From Eledone cirrhosa (lineage: Eukaryota): a DNA stretch of 64,000 bases. This document shows positions 28,321 through 43,281 of this stretch, in pieces. The stretch's first letter is position 1. Every line of letters starts with the position of its first letter. The notes under the pieces were generated by a model. The model worked only from the letters and a program-made list of their open reading frames with translations. It searched no databases and was not told where the DNA came from. The position numbers and the translations under genes are program-made. The stretch is from positions 199,454,001 through 199,518,000 of the forward strand of contig OZ024743.1 of NCBI GenBank assembly GCA_964016885.1. Reading direction: 5' to 3'.

Positions 28321-29012
28321 TTTATAGTATCTTTGAGAATGGAAAGATCATTGTGAATATTTGTTGTATTAGAGTAAATGACTTGATCTTTTAGTGTAAT
28401 GCTGTTATTGTGCTGTTTTGTCCTTTTCAAGAATGTCTTGCTAATGTGGTTTCATGTGATAGAGGACATTATGTGTTAAGTAATACCACTTTATAATGAC
28501 AGATAGACAGCGAACAAAAACAAATAATAGAAACATTGGAGGAAATTGACTGTGGTAGATTTTACAAATTAATTATAAGCGTGAGTATAAAAAAATAACA
28601 AAGCAACCTTTTGATTCCTTTTGCTAAGCCAGAGTGGGAAAATTGGCATCAAAACCATCAGAATAAATAATTTTGTGGTATTTGTTTCATCTTATATTCT
28701 TAGTTCAATTCGTGTTTGGGTCAAATTTGCTTTTCATCCTTCCAGGGTTGATGAAATATAGTATTAGTCAATTATTTAATCAATTTAATCCCACCCTCCA
28801 TCCCATGTACAAAATAACTGGTCTTGTGTCTACATTAGAAACCTTTATTGTTATTATTTGAAACTTCCTTTGAATTCAGCTTCTTTCCCAAATCATGCCA
28901 AGTGTCAACCTGACACCTGAGACAAAATTTGATAATACACACATTATACAATCAATTGTCATACAACTGATGTCACAAGGGCACAAGATCAGTAAATGTC
29001 TTTGCAAGGTTT

Positions 29013-29280
29013 TTAAATAGATAATGCCCTTCTCAGGATATGGACAGTGTCAGTCAGCACTATTTTCTGTATCTTTTGGAGAGATGGCTTTCCAGGTATC
29101 CAATTATTATTATTATTATCATTTTGTGTAAGTTGGAATACACAAATTTTGTCAGTTTTGGACATGGACAACCTAGTAGGTGTTTGTAAGCTTTGTCTAT
29201 ACACAATGTTTATTATTTTTTGGAGGGTGGGGCTATTGTATTGAATGTAGTCTTTGTGTGCAGTGCCTAGGAGCACTATT
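29013..29280 (-). mobile_element. R4/Dong-like (REL-type) non-LTR 3' fragments
   Basis: IPGKPSLQKIQKIVLTDTVHILRRALSI* and LLGTAH resemble the Q.K.VLLGTAHILR C-terminal motif; (AAT)n between the pieces. Confidence 0.55.
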
Positions 29281-29290
29281 GTCTATATGT

Positions 29291-29322
<32 letters not shown>

Positions 29323-29548
29323 TTTGAGTTCCTTACTTACTGTGGTTATACCCAATTGAACCCGAGATACACACATACACATATATATATATATATTGGT
29401 GTCTTGGAATTTTGCATGGACTGTTTGTTTTTAGTATTTATTTACATGAAGTTAGTTCCTCTATTTTCTCCAGAACTCTAGTTTGTTATTATAATTTCTC
29501 CTTCAATTTCTTCCTTATGGTCTTTGGCAATACTATCTCATTTAATTT

Positions 29549-29804
29549 TAAAACTTTCCATACCTAACTGGCTGAAACTGCCTCTAGCTCTATGATACAG
29601 AGCTGCTTATTTTAAAAAATTCAATTTTTATCGAAAACATTCCATGATAATTTAATTTAAAAGGAGTTTTATGTTTCAAACACCAGCTTAATAATGATGA
29701 AAATGCTGGTTATATTACTAAATCTTTCCAAATTCTTTATTTTCAAAATTATTTAAAAATCATAAACAGTGTTTTTCATTAGAGAACTGGTGATGAAAGG
29801 GTTA
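29549..29804. mobile_element. piggyBac-like MITE (degenerate)
   Basis: Ends ...gaaagggttaa; related starts ttaacccttt... at 6801, 15619 and 30455. Confidence 0.45.
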
Positions 29805-31525
29805 ATATTTGATAATCATAATAATAATTGTAATATTAACTAATATTTATTTATTTATTTGAAACCGTTGGATTTATATGTGATCATCTTAACGTGTTTT
29901 GTAAACAAAATTTCTACGACTGGAGCACGTGTCTCATTTAATGTTTAATATTTAAAAATCCTAATCATCATCATATTAACCACTTTATGGTGTGCATATG
30001 GTGTGGTAAATAAATATATACATATATATTGTGTCTGAACATAATGGAATCAAATTCTCATTGTCACTACCTTCGTCTCTCTCACTCTCCCCATCTCTCA
30101 CTATTATAAGCAAATTACTCTATGAATTTATGATTTGGTATGTCATAATGTATGTGTCTAGTCAAGTTGCCATTCTCTAGGCCTTTTGTGTCTAATGGTT
30201 CTTTGTTTTGTTTTATTTATTTACTTATTTGTATTATTCATTTTGTTAACAATATGCTAAAACACAACCACCATCTCCACTCAATTAGGGAACTCTTCCA
30301 AACTGACATTTGTTTTTGCTTCTATTGTTATCATGACTATTTATCACAATTACTGTTTAATTATTTCGTTATTAAGAATGTATTTGTAACATCACTGAAC
30401 AATAGATTTTTATATAAAACTGTGGGCAGGTTTTTATTGAAATAGAGACCCTTTTACCCTTTCGATACCAGACTGTTCACGCCCCCCCCCCCCCCCTTGG
30501 TTCTATGACACAAAAATATTGGAAAGAGGAGTAGGAAAAGACGTGTGTTGGTGCATAGAAGTGACTGGAAGAAGGAAATAAAGGAAGGTTATGTACAAGA
30601 CAGCTTTGTAAACACACACATCTTCACCCTCATCAGATCTCAAACCAGCAAAATGGTTTCACACAATTTAATTGAGAGTTGATGAGGGTGAATATATGTG
30701 TGTATAAACCTCTTTTCAACATTGCCTTTCTTTATTTCCTTCTTCCAGTCACTTCTATGCACCAACACACTTCTCCATATCCTCATCCTCTTTCAATTTT
30801 TTCTATATTTCATCTGCCTGTCACTAAACTATTTATTTGTTTAAAAACCTGCCATTGTAATTTTTTTTAGATATCAGTTTAATATTAGTTATATTGCTAA
30901 ATCCCTCTAAATTATTGATTATTTTCAAACTTATTTGAAAATAATAGGCAATGTTAATATGATTATGAAAACGTTAAAATGGGCGGTTTTGTTTCATAGA
31001 GCCAGAGATAGTTTTGGCTGGTTTCATATCAAAAGGGTCGGTTCTATTATGGCCAAATTTGTTATATTCAAAATGGTCATTGACATTTATATACTTATTA
31101 TCCTTGTCTTTCTCCTCCACTTCAACCTCCCCACCACCATCATCATCAGTTGTTTTCTTCTCAATCCCCTGTTTATTGAAACTGGGGGGAATACTTTGAT
31201 GACAAGCACATTCCTCGTGTAGTATTTTGTTACTGTAGAAGTTTAATGTTTGAATGGTAGCAATGATTTAAGAAAGTAAGCAAACATTAATTATATATAT
31301 ATATATATGTGTGTGTTATTATTACATTTATTATTATTACTATATATGTATATATATATATATGTATTATTATTACATTTATTATTATTACTATATATGT
31401 ATATATATATATATACACACACATATATTGATGTGTACATGTGAATTGTACACATGTAAATGTATGTGTGCATTGTATAATATATATATATATATATATA
31501 CATACACACACATACACACACACAC

Positions 31526-31585
<60 letters not shown>

Positions 31586-31590
31586 TTACA

Positions 31591-31622
<32 letters not shown>

Positions 31623-32819
31623 GCCTTCTCATTCAGTATTTGTCTAAGCTCCCAACATATAATGCCAATGCCCAGATGTTGATGTATTTGACAAATCTCC
31701 TTGTTTCTATTTCATCATAGCACCACCTGGACCATTCTCCATCTAATACATAGATCTTGTTACTTGATCGAGAGAAGTATAAAATTAAAGAAAACATACA
31801 AAATAAAACAAACAATATAAATATACACAACCAAAAAAAAAAAAATTGGCAGCCCATGCCTGTGTTCTACTAACACATTTTATTACAAAGGTACCAAACT
31901 ATAGAGAAGGATAGTAGGAGGGTGCCCTCATCAGTCATAGCTGATCATGGGTTTACAGCTAGAATGTTCCTCATGATATTCGTTATATTATTGTCAGTTA
32001 TGATGGGTTGTTGATATATTGTGATGTTAGTGGACAGAATTTTCATTGAAAAGGCAATGATGATGCTGATGATATTACCGGTTGGGATAATAATTGTTTC
32101 TACTTTTGGCACAAGGCCAGCAATTACCCAGTACATTACTGGTACTTTATTTTATTAACCCTGTAAGGATGAAAGGCAAAGTTTTGTGATTGAAACTATT
32201 ACCTTACAGGGTAGACTGTGATTTTTATTGTGGCAGTCAAATGAAAATTAAAGGAAATTTATAGTATAGACTAATACATAAGCTTCGCTGGTCATGTTTG
32301 GGGATCCAGCCAGATCAGTTGGAGATGGCTGCTTCTGACAGGACCCACTGAAAGGAGTTTTTCAGGACTCTGCCTCCACAACCCTTTCAGGATTAAGTGG
32401 ACGAATAAGAAGACTAATACAGATTTATCTGGCCTCCAATGAGGTTGCATCTCTTGATAAAGTGCCCCAATCTTATCATGAAAGTTACATGAAATGAAGT
32501 TTCTTAATCAAGAATACAACAAACCACCTGATCCAGGAGTGAAACCCACATCCTTATGTTTGTGTGTCCAACAACCTAGCCATTAGTCCACATGTAGGAA
32601 GAGCATTTGTAAGAAATATGAAAATCATGTCAGACATACTAATTTTAGTTGTCTTGAGAATCTGATTTTGCTCAAGAAAAGAAATTTGTCTAGAGTTCAC
32701 TTTCTTCTAATTAACTTTAGTTCTATGTATATGGTGTTTAATGTATTTTTATTAGTAAGTATATATATGTATGTATGTATGTATATATATGTATGTATTA
32801 GTAAGTATATATATGTATG

Positions 32820-32871
<52 letters not shown>

Positions 32872-33774
32872 TATATATATATGCCTCTTTCTTATTTTAA
32901 ATGCTTTCTATTTTATTTCATATTCCCCTTTCCTTCTGTGGAAATGGTAGATATGTCTGTTCTGTTGTAAAAATTAATGAAGTTGGAAATCTTTGTTAGT
33001 TTTTTTATTCAAGAATTTCATTGATCTCAGAAAACACTGGAAAATAATAAAATTTTAAAGACTCTCAACAAATTCTTATCAAAATCTCTTTTGAATACTT
33101 AAAGTAAAATGTTCTAAAACTGTAAAAACCAGTATAGAATGTTTGCAAAGACAAACTGACGAGCAATTTAGAAACATAAAATAGAATTTTCATTAAATTA
33201 TTTTCAATTACTAATCAGCAAAAATAAAAAATATATAAATAATAAAAAAATAGTAAGTGAAAATAATTGGACAAACCTCAGTTCTTTTAAATAAACCACA
33301 TTTTCCAAAGTTCTCGTCATTTGTAGAATAGCAACTCAGATTCACAAGAGATTTGTTTCATTTATTATTTATTATGTTTTTGTTTTCATTTTCTTAATCC
33401 TTTAATTAGTTTTACAACAAGCAGATAAATAAGTTATATTGAGCTGCTAGTATGCGTTCAAACCTATTTGAAATTTCCCTAACATTGTTTGTATATGTAT
33501 TCTGTAAATAATCGATGTCTAAGAGAACATCACATCAGTGATGACAAATATGATGACATCCTGTCTTTCTCAGCTTCTTTTCTATTTCAATTTAGTTTCT
33601 TTTTATGACACAAATGGTGAACAATAGTGCTGCTGGTTACAGGTCTCCAGTGGACCAGTTGCTAGTTCACTGCATTTCTGATGGAAAGATTGACAAGTGA
33701 GTATCTATGTAACTCATGCACAGGTTTCTCAGATTTCTAAGTGATATATAGTAAAACGTATACTGTGGCAGTGA

Positions 33775-34590
33775 TATTTTTAACTGTTGGTCAATCAACG
33801 ATAACCATTGATTGCCAGCTAAATTATTTATAGAAATATAAAAATATACTGAAGCAAAACCCAAATTAGAACAACATGGCAATATTAGAACAACATGATC
33901 CTCCCCGAATATAACAAAACAAATACTGATATATATATATCAAAGGCATATATTGAGTTAGAAACTCAAAATAGTCTCTTACAACAGAATAGCTCTAAGA
34001 AAGAGATATTTCTGAGGCCGTATATTATAATTGAATATAAAAGAAAAACGAACACAGACATATACATATATGTGTTCAAATCGTAAGGGACCAGATTTGC
34101 TAAGGTGAAAAGAATAACTATAGACAATTGGGTTTGCTTGTCTCAATTTAAGAAAAAATCAAGAAAATCTATACAAACCGGAATTGTGGTAACTACCAAT
34201 CACCCAGACAAGTTGGTGTTGTTTCGCAAAATTAATTGTGAATAGAATTACCAATTTATTCTCATCAGTGGGTGATAAATTAGTATCCTAGACACTTCTA
34301 AGTATATTAAGAAACTAAACAGTATGCTATATATAAAATATTAGCGCACATGGCAATTCAATTATAATATATATATATATGAATTTATTTTGCAATGTCT
34401 TTGATATGAAATCGTGTTTAAAGAAATATTGTTATAGTATTGCCAAATATTGTTATAATATTGCCAGAAATATATAAAACACACTCACTGATTGGTTTGG
34501 ATTGGTTTTTGCTTCTGTATCTTTTATATCCCTATAATTAATTTAGCTGGCAATTAATGTTTATCATTGATTGACAAACAGTTAAAAATA
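33775..34590. mobile_element. HHR-bearing element with inverted terminal segments (PLE-like)
   Basis: 33775-33865 is an inverted copy of 34505-34590; the interior 33955-34280 is homologous to 60537-60865. Confidence 0.6.
34199..34276 (-). ncRNA. Type-I hammerhead ribozyme
   Basis: atcaccca CTGATGA gaata...ttgc GAAA caa...tt GTC tgggtgat: 8-bp stem I, acaa/ttgt stem III, GUC site; stem II branched or imperfect. Confidence 0.7.
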
Positions 34591-34690
34591 GAGATATAAA
34601 TATTCTTTCATCACACACCTGTGACACCATCAGTGGTACTATTATGTTCCCTCCCATTGTATTGTAATTTCTATTGTATTTTTTATCAGC

Positions 34691-34799
<109 letters not shown>

Positions 34800-35419
34800 C
34801 ACACACACACATGCATACATATATTACCATTGTCATCATCTATTTACACCCTCTTTCCCACATGTTAGCCTTTCTAGTGCTGGTGCCAAGGTAAAATGCA
34901 TGCGGTACACTATGTAAAATAGTTTTCCTGATGCCCCAACAAGATGCTCTCTGTACAGTGGTTGGTGCTAGGAAGAGCATCGAGCCATACAAATCATCCC
35001 AAAATATGGAACATATGAAAGCAAGATTACCTTTTTCCAACCCAATTTTCTCTGACCATGAAAACCCATCCGACTGCTGCTAAAATAGAAACCAGTTCTT
35101 AAATGATGATGATGGTGATGATGGTGGTAATGATGTTATTGATGTTGAAAATAAATTAATAAAAGAAAAAAGGGGCTGCTTGAAGGATCATCTTTGATTT
35201 GCCAGACTTGAAAAATATTTCAGAATGTTTAGAGGACATTGTGAAAACAAAGTATTGTAGAAATGTTTCAGTGACATATCTGCCATTGATGAATGACCTT
35301 CATTGAAAATTAAAATGAATGGGTCACGAACATTGGCTATTGTCAGATGTTTCTCTTAAATTTAAAATGATAAACAGCTTTGATTTATTTTGATTATTTA
35401 GTTGATTTATTTTTATGTA

Positions 35420-35439
35420 TTATATACAGACATATGTAT

Positions 35440-35473
<34 letters not shown>

Positions 35474-35536
35474 GAACATATATATATATATTCATATATA
35501 TATATATATATATACGCATTTATATATATATATGCG

Positions 35537-35568
<32 letters not shown>

Positions 35569-35627
35569 TATATATGCATATATATATATATGCATATATA
35601 TATATACATATACATATATATATATAT

Positions 35628-35707
<80 letters not shown>

Positions 35708-35757
35708 ATATATATATATATACATATACACATATATATATATATATACATATACAC

Positions 35758-35791
<34 letters not shown>

Positions 35792-35835
35792 ATATATATA
35801 CATATACACATATATATATATATATACATATACAC

Positions 35836-35894
<59 letters not shown>

Positions 35895-36358
35895 CACATA
35901 ATATATATATATATACATATACATATATATATATATATATATAAATATATACATACACACATATATATATATATATATACATATATACATATACACATAT
36001 ATATATAAATATATACATATACACATATATACATATATATATACATATATACATATATATACATATATACATATATATATACATATATACATATATATAT
36101 ACATATATACATACATATATATATACATATATATACATATATACATATATATATATACATATATACATATATATATACATATATACATATATATATACAT
36201 ATATACATATATATATACATATATACATACATATATATATACATATATACATATATATATACATATATACATACATATATATATACATATATACATATAT
36301 ATATACATATATACATATATATATATATACATATATACATATATACATATATACATAT

Positions 36359-36391
<33 letters not shown>

Positions 36392-36430
36392 TACATATAT
36401 ATATACATATATACATATATATATATATAC

Positions 36431-36463
<33 letters not shown>

Positions 36464-36552
36464 CATATATATACACCTATATATATATATATATACATAT
36501 ACATATACATATATACATATACATATACATATATATATATATACATATATAC

Positions 36553-36601
<49 letters not shown>

Positions 36602-36627
36602 TATACATATATACATATATATATACA

Positions 36628-36689
<62 letters not shown>

Positions 36690-36698
36690 TATATTTAC

Positions 36699-36741
<43 letters not shown>

Positions 36742-36746
36742 CATAC

Positions 36747-36796
<50 letters not shown>

Positions 36797-36918
36797 ATAT
36801 ATATATACATATATACATATACATATATATATATATATATAAATATATACATATATATATACATATATATACATATATATATACATATATACATATATAC
36901 ATATATACATATATACAT

Positions 36919-36951
<33 letters not shown>

Positions 36952-36984
36952 TATATACATATATATACATATATACATATATAT

Positions 36985-37029
<45 letters not shown>

Positions 37030-37361
37030 CACATATATATACATATATATATACATATATATATACATATATATTACATATATATACATATATATACATA
37101 TATATATACATATATACATATACATATATACACATATATATATACACATATATATATACACATATATATATACACATATATATATACACATATATATATA
37201 CACATATATATATACACATATATATATACACATATATATATATACACATATATATATATACACATATATATACACATATATATATATACACATATATATA
37301 TATACACATATATATACATATATATACATATATATACATATATACATACACATATATATAC

Positions 37362-37406
<45 letters not shown>

Positions 37407-37407
37407 C

Positions 37408-37454
<47 letters not shown>

Positions 37455-37741
37455 CACATATATATACACTTATATATACATATATATACATATATATATC
37501 ATACCTATATATATATATATACATATATATATCATACATATATATATACATATATACATATATGTATCATACATATGTATATATATATATACATATATAT
37601 ATATCATACATATATATATATATACATATATATATATCATACATATATATAATACATATATACATATATATATATCATACATATATATCATACATATATA
37701 TATACATATATACATATATACATATATATATACATATATAC

Positions 37742-37816
<75 letters not shown>

Positions 37817-37880
37817 TATATATACACATACATATACATATACATCTATATACATCTATATACATACATATATATATCAC
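35420..37880. repeat. ~2.4-kb (TA)n/(TACA)n compound microsatellite
   Basis: Directly visible. Confidence 0.95.
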
Positions 37881-38157
37881 ATATACGCACTCAACTATGT
37901 ACATGCACACCCACATACATACATACGTGGGTGTCCATTAATTACATTTCTTTCCTTCTTTTTTTTTTGCCAATAATTCTTATTGTTATTTTTCAGAAGA
38001 ATACATTTATCATTCTTTTATTTCGTCTGACAAATCTACAGACCCTTTTTTTTTATCAACTCACATAAATTTCCAAATGTTTGATATCCATATTGCTTAG
38101 TTAATAAAGAATCAGACACAAATGTAGTGAGTATATGTTCAACCCTAGCCAAAGCTA

Positions 38158-38290
38158 TCATCATCATCATCATCATCATCATCACCGTTTTACGTCCGTT
38201 CTTCCACGCTAGCATGGGTTAGACGGGTTGTCCTGTTGTGGGCAGTGTCTGGTCGGCTGACCATGCCTTGCTCATACAGGAACTGATCAT
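38158..38290 (-). mobile_element. RTE-type 3' tail, 5'-truncated
   Basis: Near-identical reverse complement of 52365-52486. Confidence 0.8.
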
Positions 38291-38564
38291 GACAGAGTAT
38301 TCCGTTTATTTACATAGGTATTTATTAAAATTGATATTTATTTTTTATAAGCGAAATGAAGCTGGAATTACCAAAATTCTTGTTATTTTTACCCCTGCCA
38401 TGTTTTAGTTTCATATTCTTTTTGTTCAATACAAACAAAGAAAAGATGGTATATGTGATGAAATATTTATACCCAATAACAATGTGATAGAATATTCTGA
38501 GTTCAATCTTTAACTATTTTGTGATAATATTTTTAATGATATATTTACTGCCCCCCCTCAGTCA

Positions 38565-38880
38565 CTAATGACCATGGTTTTCCACGAAGAACGTTTCCCT
38601 CCAAGTTTCAAGCCTGGCAACTTTGTTTGTGGAAGACCAGCAGTCACCCATGGATACCAGTCCCCCTTCTCCAAGCCACCTATGTTGTCCAAGGGAAAGA
38701 CAAAGCCTGATACAGCTTGGCACAAGTGACGTCATAACTCATTTCCTCAGCTGAGTAAACCGGAGCAATGTGAAATAAAGTGTCTTGCTCAAGAACACAA
38801 CACATCAACTGGTCTGAGAATCGAACTCACAATTTCTCAATTGCAAGCCTAATGCTCAAACCACTAAGCCATATGCCTTT
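38565..38880 (-). mobile_element. CORE-SINE with family-B head and alternative 3' body
   Basis: Head and CORE as at 3789; body ggaagaccagcagtc...ataccag shared with 58300-58610. Confidence 0.75.
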
Positions 38881-39610
38881 ATTAATGATATATACTGCCT
38901 ATGTATTTCAGTATATGTTTGAAATAATCAAGAATTTGAAGGGATTAAGTAAAATAACCATTGTTTATATTTTTGGATGGTGTTTGGAACATAATTCAAC
39001 AAAAACTTTTACATAAAATTATAATGGAATGTTATATTTCATTTTACGCTCTATGCAAATTAGGCTAATCAGCCAATGTATATTTTAGAGAATACTATAT
39101 ATTCTCAAGAGTTGTAGTGTGTGACAGGCGAGAGATACATAATCTTAACAAAGGGCAATAACCCAGAAAAAATATTATTGTGAATTGTTTCTCTCTGTCA
39201 TGACTACAACAAAATGATGGTGATGGTTATCTAAAAAACATAGCATAATGAGGCTGTTTGCTTGCAAACAAATCGCATATTATTCAATATAAAACTCACG
39301 AATGCATATAATGGAATGGTTTTATTTTTAGATGAACAATTTGGAACAGATAGCTATATATGATAAAAGTAAAAGCAATCTGAGGTGAATTGGCTTTTGA
39401 AAAGATCTTTGGAAAATCAGTATGTAAAAACTAGCAGGAAGTTTCATCAAAAGTTCTTATTTAGATTTACTAAAATTTTTATCACTATTTTCTTATCAAT
39501 TTTTTTTTCCTGCTTGCATTAGTCAAATGATGTCTTTAGCACATCTCATTGTTGCAACATTTTGTCATATCTGTCATACCATTAAACCTTCTAAGAACAG
39601 CTTTCACAAT

Positions 39611-40180
39611 TTCTTCTCATATCTCATGGACTCAAACATACATCTATTAGGGACCTCTTAATCACTCTACTCCCTTTCTTCTCATATCGCATGGACTCAA
39701 ACATACATCTATTAGGAACCTCTTAACCACTGTACCCTCTTTCTTCTCATATCGCATGGACTCAAACATACATCTATTAGACACCTCTTAACCACTGCAC
39801 TCCCTTGCATATACCTCCCATGCCCCAACACCCTACACACCCACTTCTGACCACACTACCCTTACACTGTTAAGTTGTTGATATCATGACAAAAACCACC
39901 CAACCCACACACTGTAAAGTAGTTGTTTAGGTATCACAACAAAAAGCACCCAGTCTACACTGTAAAGTGGTCATGTATGTGACACAACAATAAGCACCCA
40001 GTGCACACTGTCAAGGTGGTTGGTGTTCTAAATGGCATCCAGTATAGAAGCCTAGCAAGAAACAGTTCTGTATGAGCAAGACGTGGTCACCTGAACCGAC
40101 TTGCTTCTAATGGGACAAACTGTCACCTAACCGATGCTAGCATGGAAAATAGACGTTAAACAATGATGGTGATGAAGATG
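39611..40180 (+). mobile_element. Three ~65-bp tandem units followed by a degenerate RTE-type 3'UTR/tail
   Basis: ttcttctcatatcgcatggactcaaacatacatctattag x3; then cacactgtaaag units and gacgttaaacaatgatg. Confidence 0.7.
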
Positions 40181-40664
40181 ACTCGATTATTTGGCACTTT
40201 TTACTCATCTGTCATAATCCATATGAATCTCATGTTTAGACCAGAACTGTAATTTTTCTTGCACACTACATATGATTTCTCTTATACATAGTTTTTCTCT
40301 CTTGGTATCAAACTTGTTAAATCAAACAGGATACATTGTAAAATGTCCTGCTATGATATGGTCAGAACTCAAACTTTTGAACCAAGTAAAAAACGAAAGA
40401 TTACACACACACATTCACACATTCACACATAAAGCACATTTTCTAATATTATAGCCATCTGTTAAAAGTATACAAATTTTCTTTATTTTTGTTTTCGTCT
40501 TAAGCATGCTGAAAATATTTATTTTGTAAACTGATTCTGTAACATGTTCAACTCTTAAAACTCCATTTATCAGAGCAAGATCTAAAATGAGTCAAAAAGA
40601 GAGTTTCTAGATATTCATTTGATCTGGTAGAAATAGCAGCCAAATTGTGCTCTCAAATCATACA

Positions 40665-40666
40665 TT

Positions 40667-40701
<35 letters not shown>

Positions 40702-40989
40702 TTTACGTCTGCTTTTCCCTGCTTGCAAGGGTGGGACGGGAACTGATTCTGGCTTCATTTCTACAGCTGGATGCCCTTCCTAACACCAACCTCATTTACA
40801 GTGAGTGATGGGTGTTTTTTTAATTTTCCGTGGCGCCTACACGTCCACTTTACAGAGAGGGCTGGGTGCTTTTTTGCTGTGGCACCTCCACGACCATTTT
40901 GCAGTGGAATGATAGGGACCCCAGTCCTATCATATCATTTCTACAGCTGAGTAAACTGGAGCAATGTGAAATAAAGTGTCTTGCTCAAG
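40665..40989 (-). mobile_element. SINE family B, 5'-truncated
   Basis: Reverse complement of the CORE plus RTE tail of 3789-4134. Confidence 0.85.
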
Positions 40990-41174
40990 TCTATCATGAA
41001 AAAAAAAAAAAAAACACATTGCATAATATCGTTGTCAATAACATAGGGTTATGAGTGGTAAGTTAAAAGTAACTGAAGGGCCAAATAACAGGATGTCTTC
41101 TCTCATGTAAAACCTGGGATTTCTAGTCAGAGTTTTGGGGTAGACATGGTTCATGGATTAATATATATATATAT

Positions 41175-41517
41175 GGAGGCACATAGCTTAGTGGTTAGAG
41201 CATTGGCCTTGCAATTGAAAGGTTGTGAGTTCAATTCTCAGACCGGGTGATGTGTTGTTTCCTTGAGCAAGACACTTTATTTCACATTGTTCCAGTTTAC
41301 TCAGCTGTAGAAATGAGATGATAGGGACTGGGGTCCCTATTATTCCACTGTAAAGTGGTCGTGGAGGTGCCACGGCAAAAAAGCACCCACACTCACTGTA
41401 AATAAGGTTGGTGTTAGGAAGGGCATCCAGCTGTAGAAATCAAGCCAGAATCAGTTCCCGTCGCACCCTTGCAAGCAAGGAAAAAGCGGACGTAAAATGA
41501 AATGATGATGAAATGAT
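41175..41517 (+). mobile_element. SINE family B, full length
   Basis: Near-identical to 3789-4134; flanked by (TA)n. Confidence 0.85.
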
Positions 41518-41540
41518 ATATATATATATATATATATAAG

Positions 41541-42030
41541 TACAGAAACATCATCTACAAATGAGCTAGTGGCCTCCCAATGGGTTCACGACTCAGCAGG
41601 ACCCTGAACCCTTGCAAACCTAACAATGGATACCATAGAAAGAAGAGTACTATCCTCTAGATGACACATCATGTTCTACAGAAGGTACATAGATGACATA
41701 CTAGTACTGCCCCATTCCACCAGAGGTAAGGAAAAAAAATATATGAAACATTCAATGCAATGCCCGACATAATCGAGTTTGACATCAAACATTCAACAGC
41801 TAATTGTTCCTTAAGCCAGCTCGACATCCTCTCCCTCACTTCCAGAAAGGCCACCATCAGCTTCTACAAGAAGGAAGCAAAGAGTGATATCTTCTTCCAC
41901 ACAGACTTCACATACTCACAAACTCTAAAATAATAACCAGAAATAAGCTCATGTGTCATGTAGACAAATGCAATGAAGCCACCCTAGCAGAATATGTGGT
42001 AACCTTCTACTCCAAACTGTTGTTGGGAAG
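41541..42030 (+). pseudogene. Decayed Penelope-like reverse transcriptase
   Basis: IYK*ASGLPMGSRLS...LANLTMDTIE...FYRRYIDDILVL...SLSQLDI...FYKKEAKSDIFFH, with stops and frameshifts. Confidence 0.8.
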
Positions 42031-42489
42031 AAGCTGACAGCATGAGGTTTTCATGGTTTCTATATTTTTAAGGTCAATACAAATAGCTCCAGTGCACATG
42101 GGACAGTTATAAAATTACACAAGTTAGGATAATTAGTCTTTCGACTATTTACAAATAAATGAAATGTGTTGCAACTGAAAAGAAGAGATAGAAACAAAGT
42201 CTAACATATTAGCAAAGATGAGACACTATGAAAAAATGGCGACGAAAAAAAAATTGTTTGTTTGGACATAAGTCCTATATAGACAGACACAACATGGATA
42301 ACAAAAAAGAAAGATAGTAAAGAATTAAGAATGCAGAAGAGGATCTTATTATTATAATTATTATTACATTTATATATAAATATATATTCCAAGATTTGGC
42401 AACATGAATGGACCTGTTATTTTTATCTAAAGACATTTTTTCCAATTCCAGCCCTCCTGTCCCTTCAATCTTTCTAATTTCTCATTCTT

Positions 42490-42614
42490 TCTTCTGATAA
42501 AAGACAAGCGTCTGAAACGTTAAGACCCTCTTCCTGCTATAACAAGCGTTAACCCAATATATTCCTTCCATATACTGTACCGATTGTGTTGTTATTTCTG
42601 TTTACCTTTTACAT
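42490..42614 (+). mobile_element. PLE pseudo-LTR with degenerate minimal HHR (42490-42525)
   Basis: tctt CTGATAA a agac aagc gtct GAAA cg TT aaga; downstream 90 bp repeated at 45714-45803. Confidence 0.6.
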
Positions 42615-42647
42615 ATATATATATATATATATATGGAGAGAGAGAGA

Positions 42648-42693
<46 letters not shown>

Positions 42694-43207
42694 GGGAGAG
42701 AGAGAGAGAGAGAGACTGTAATATTGAGACTGAGCAGACCACTAATCATGGGAGTACACAATGCATGGGGAGATGCAGAGTTGACGTGTGTATGTATATA
42801 TATATATATATATACGTATTTATATATATATATTATATTATATATATATATATATATTATATTCGTTTTTTCCTGTTCTTAGCCAGCGAACGTTTCCACG
42901 AACCAAAGTATCGTCTTCCTGTCTTCCTCCGGTTGCAACGTTTTTTGAAATATCCACTTCTGCGTTTAGAGATTGACTTTGTTAGTTTCAGCAGATCCCG
43001 TTAAGGGTGAAAGCAGCGATTCTTTGCTTAAACTTTAATCTGTTATTTTAATAAATATATATATATATATATATATATACTTAGGGTAAACATTGATGCA
43101 ATTCAATTCAAGCACTCAACGTACTTTTTCCACATAGGAGTGATGGAGTAAATATCGAATAAGAAAAAGCGAAGTAGTTTCAGATGTTCAAGTCTTTTAA
43201 TAATAAT

Positions 43208-43281
43208 GCTGTGATATATATTTCAATGACGACACTGGCCACACTGTTCTTTGTGTGAGTGTCGCGACATCTTCAGACAGC
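43208..43281 (-). ncRNA. Type-I hammerhead ribozyme (core CUGAAGA)
   Basis: gctgt CTGAAGA [long stem II cgacact/agtgtcg] GAAA tatata TC acagc. Confidence 0.7.

Noticed and set aside
31925-31945. CTGATGA on the minus strand
   Set aside because: No correctly placed GAAA or stem I partner
35413-37551. 712-aa ORF and the many other Y/I/C/V/H/T-rich ORFs
   Set aside because: Translations of (TA)n/(CA)n microsatellites that lack stop codons; not genes
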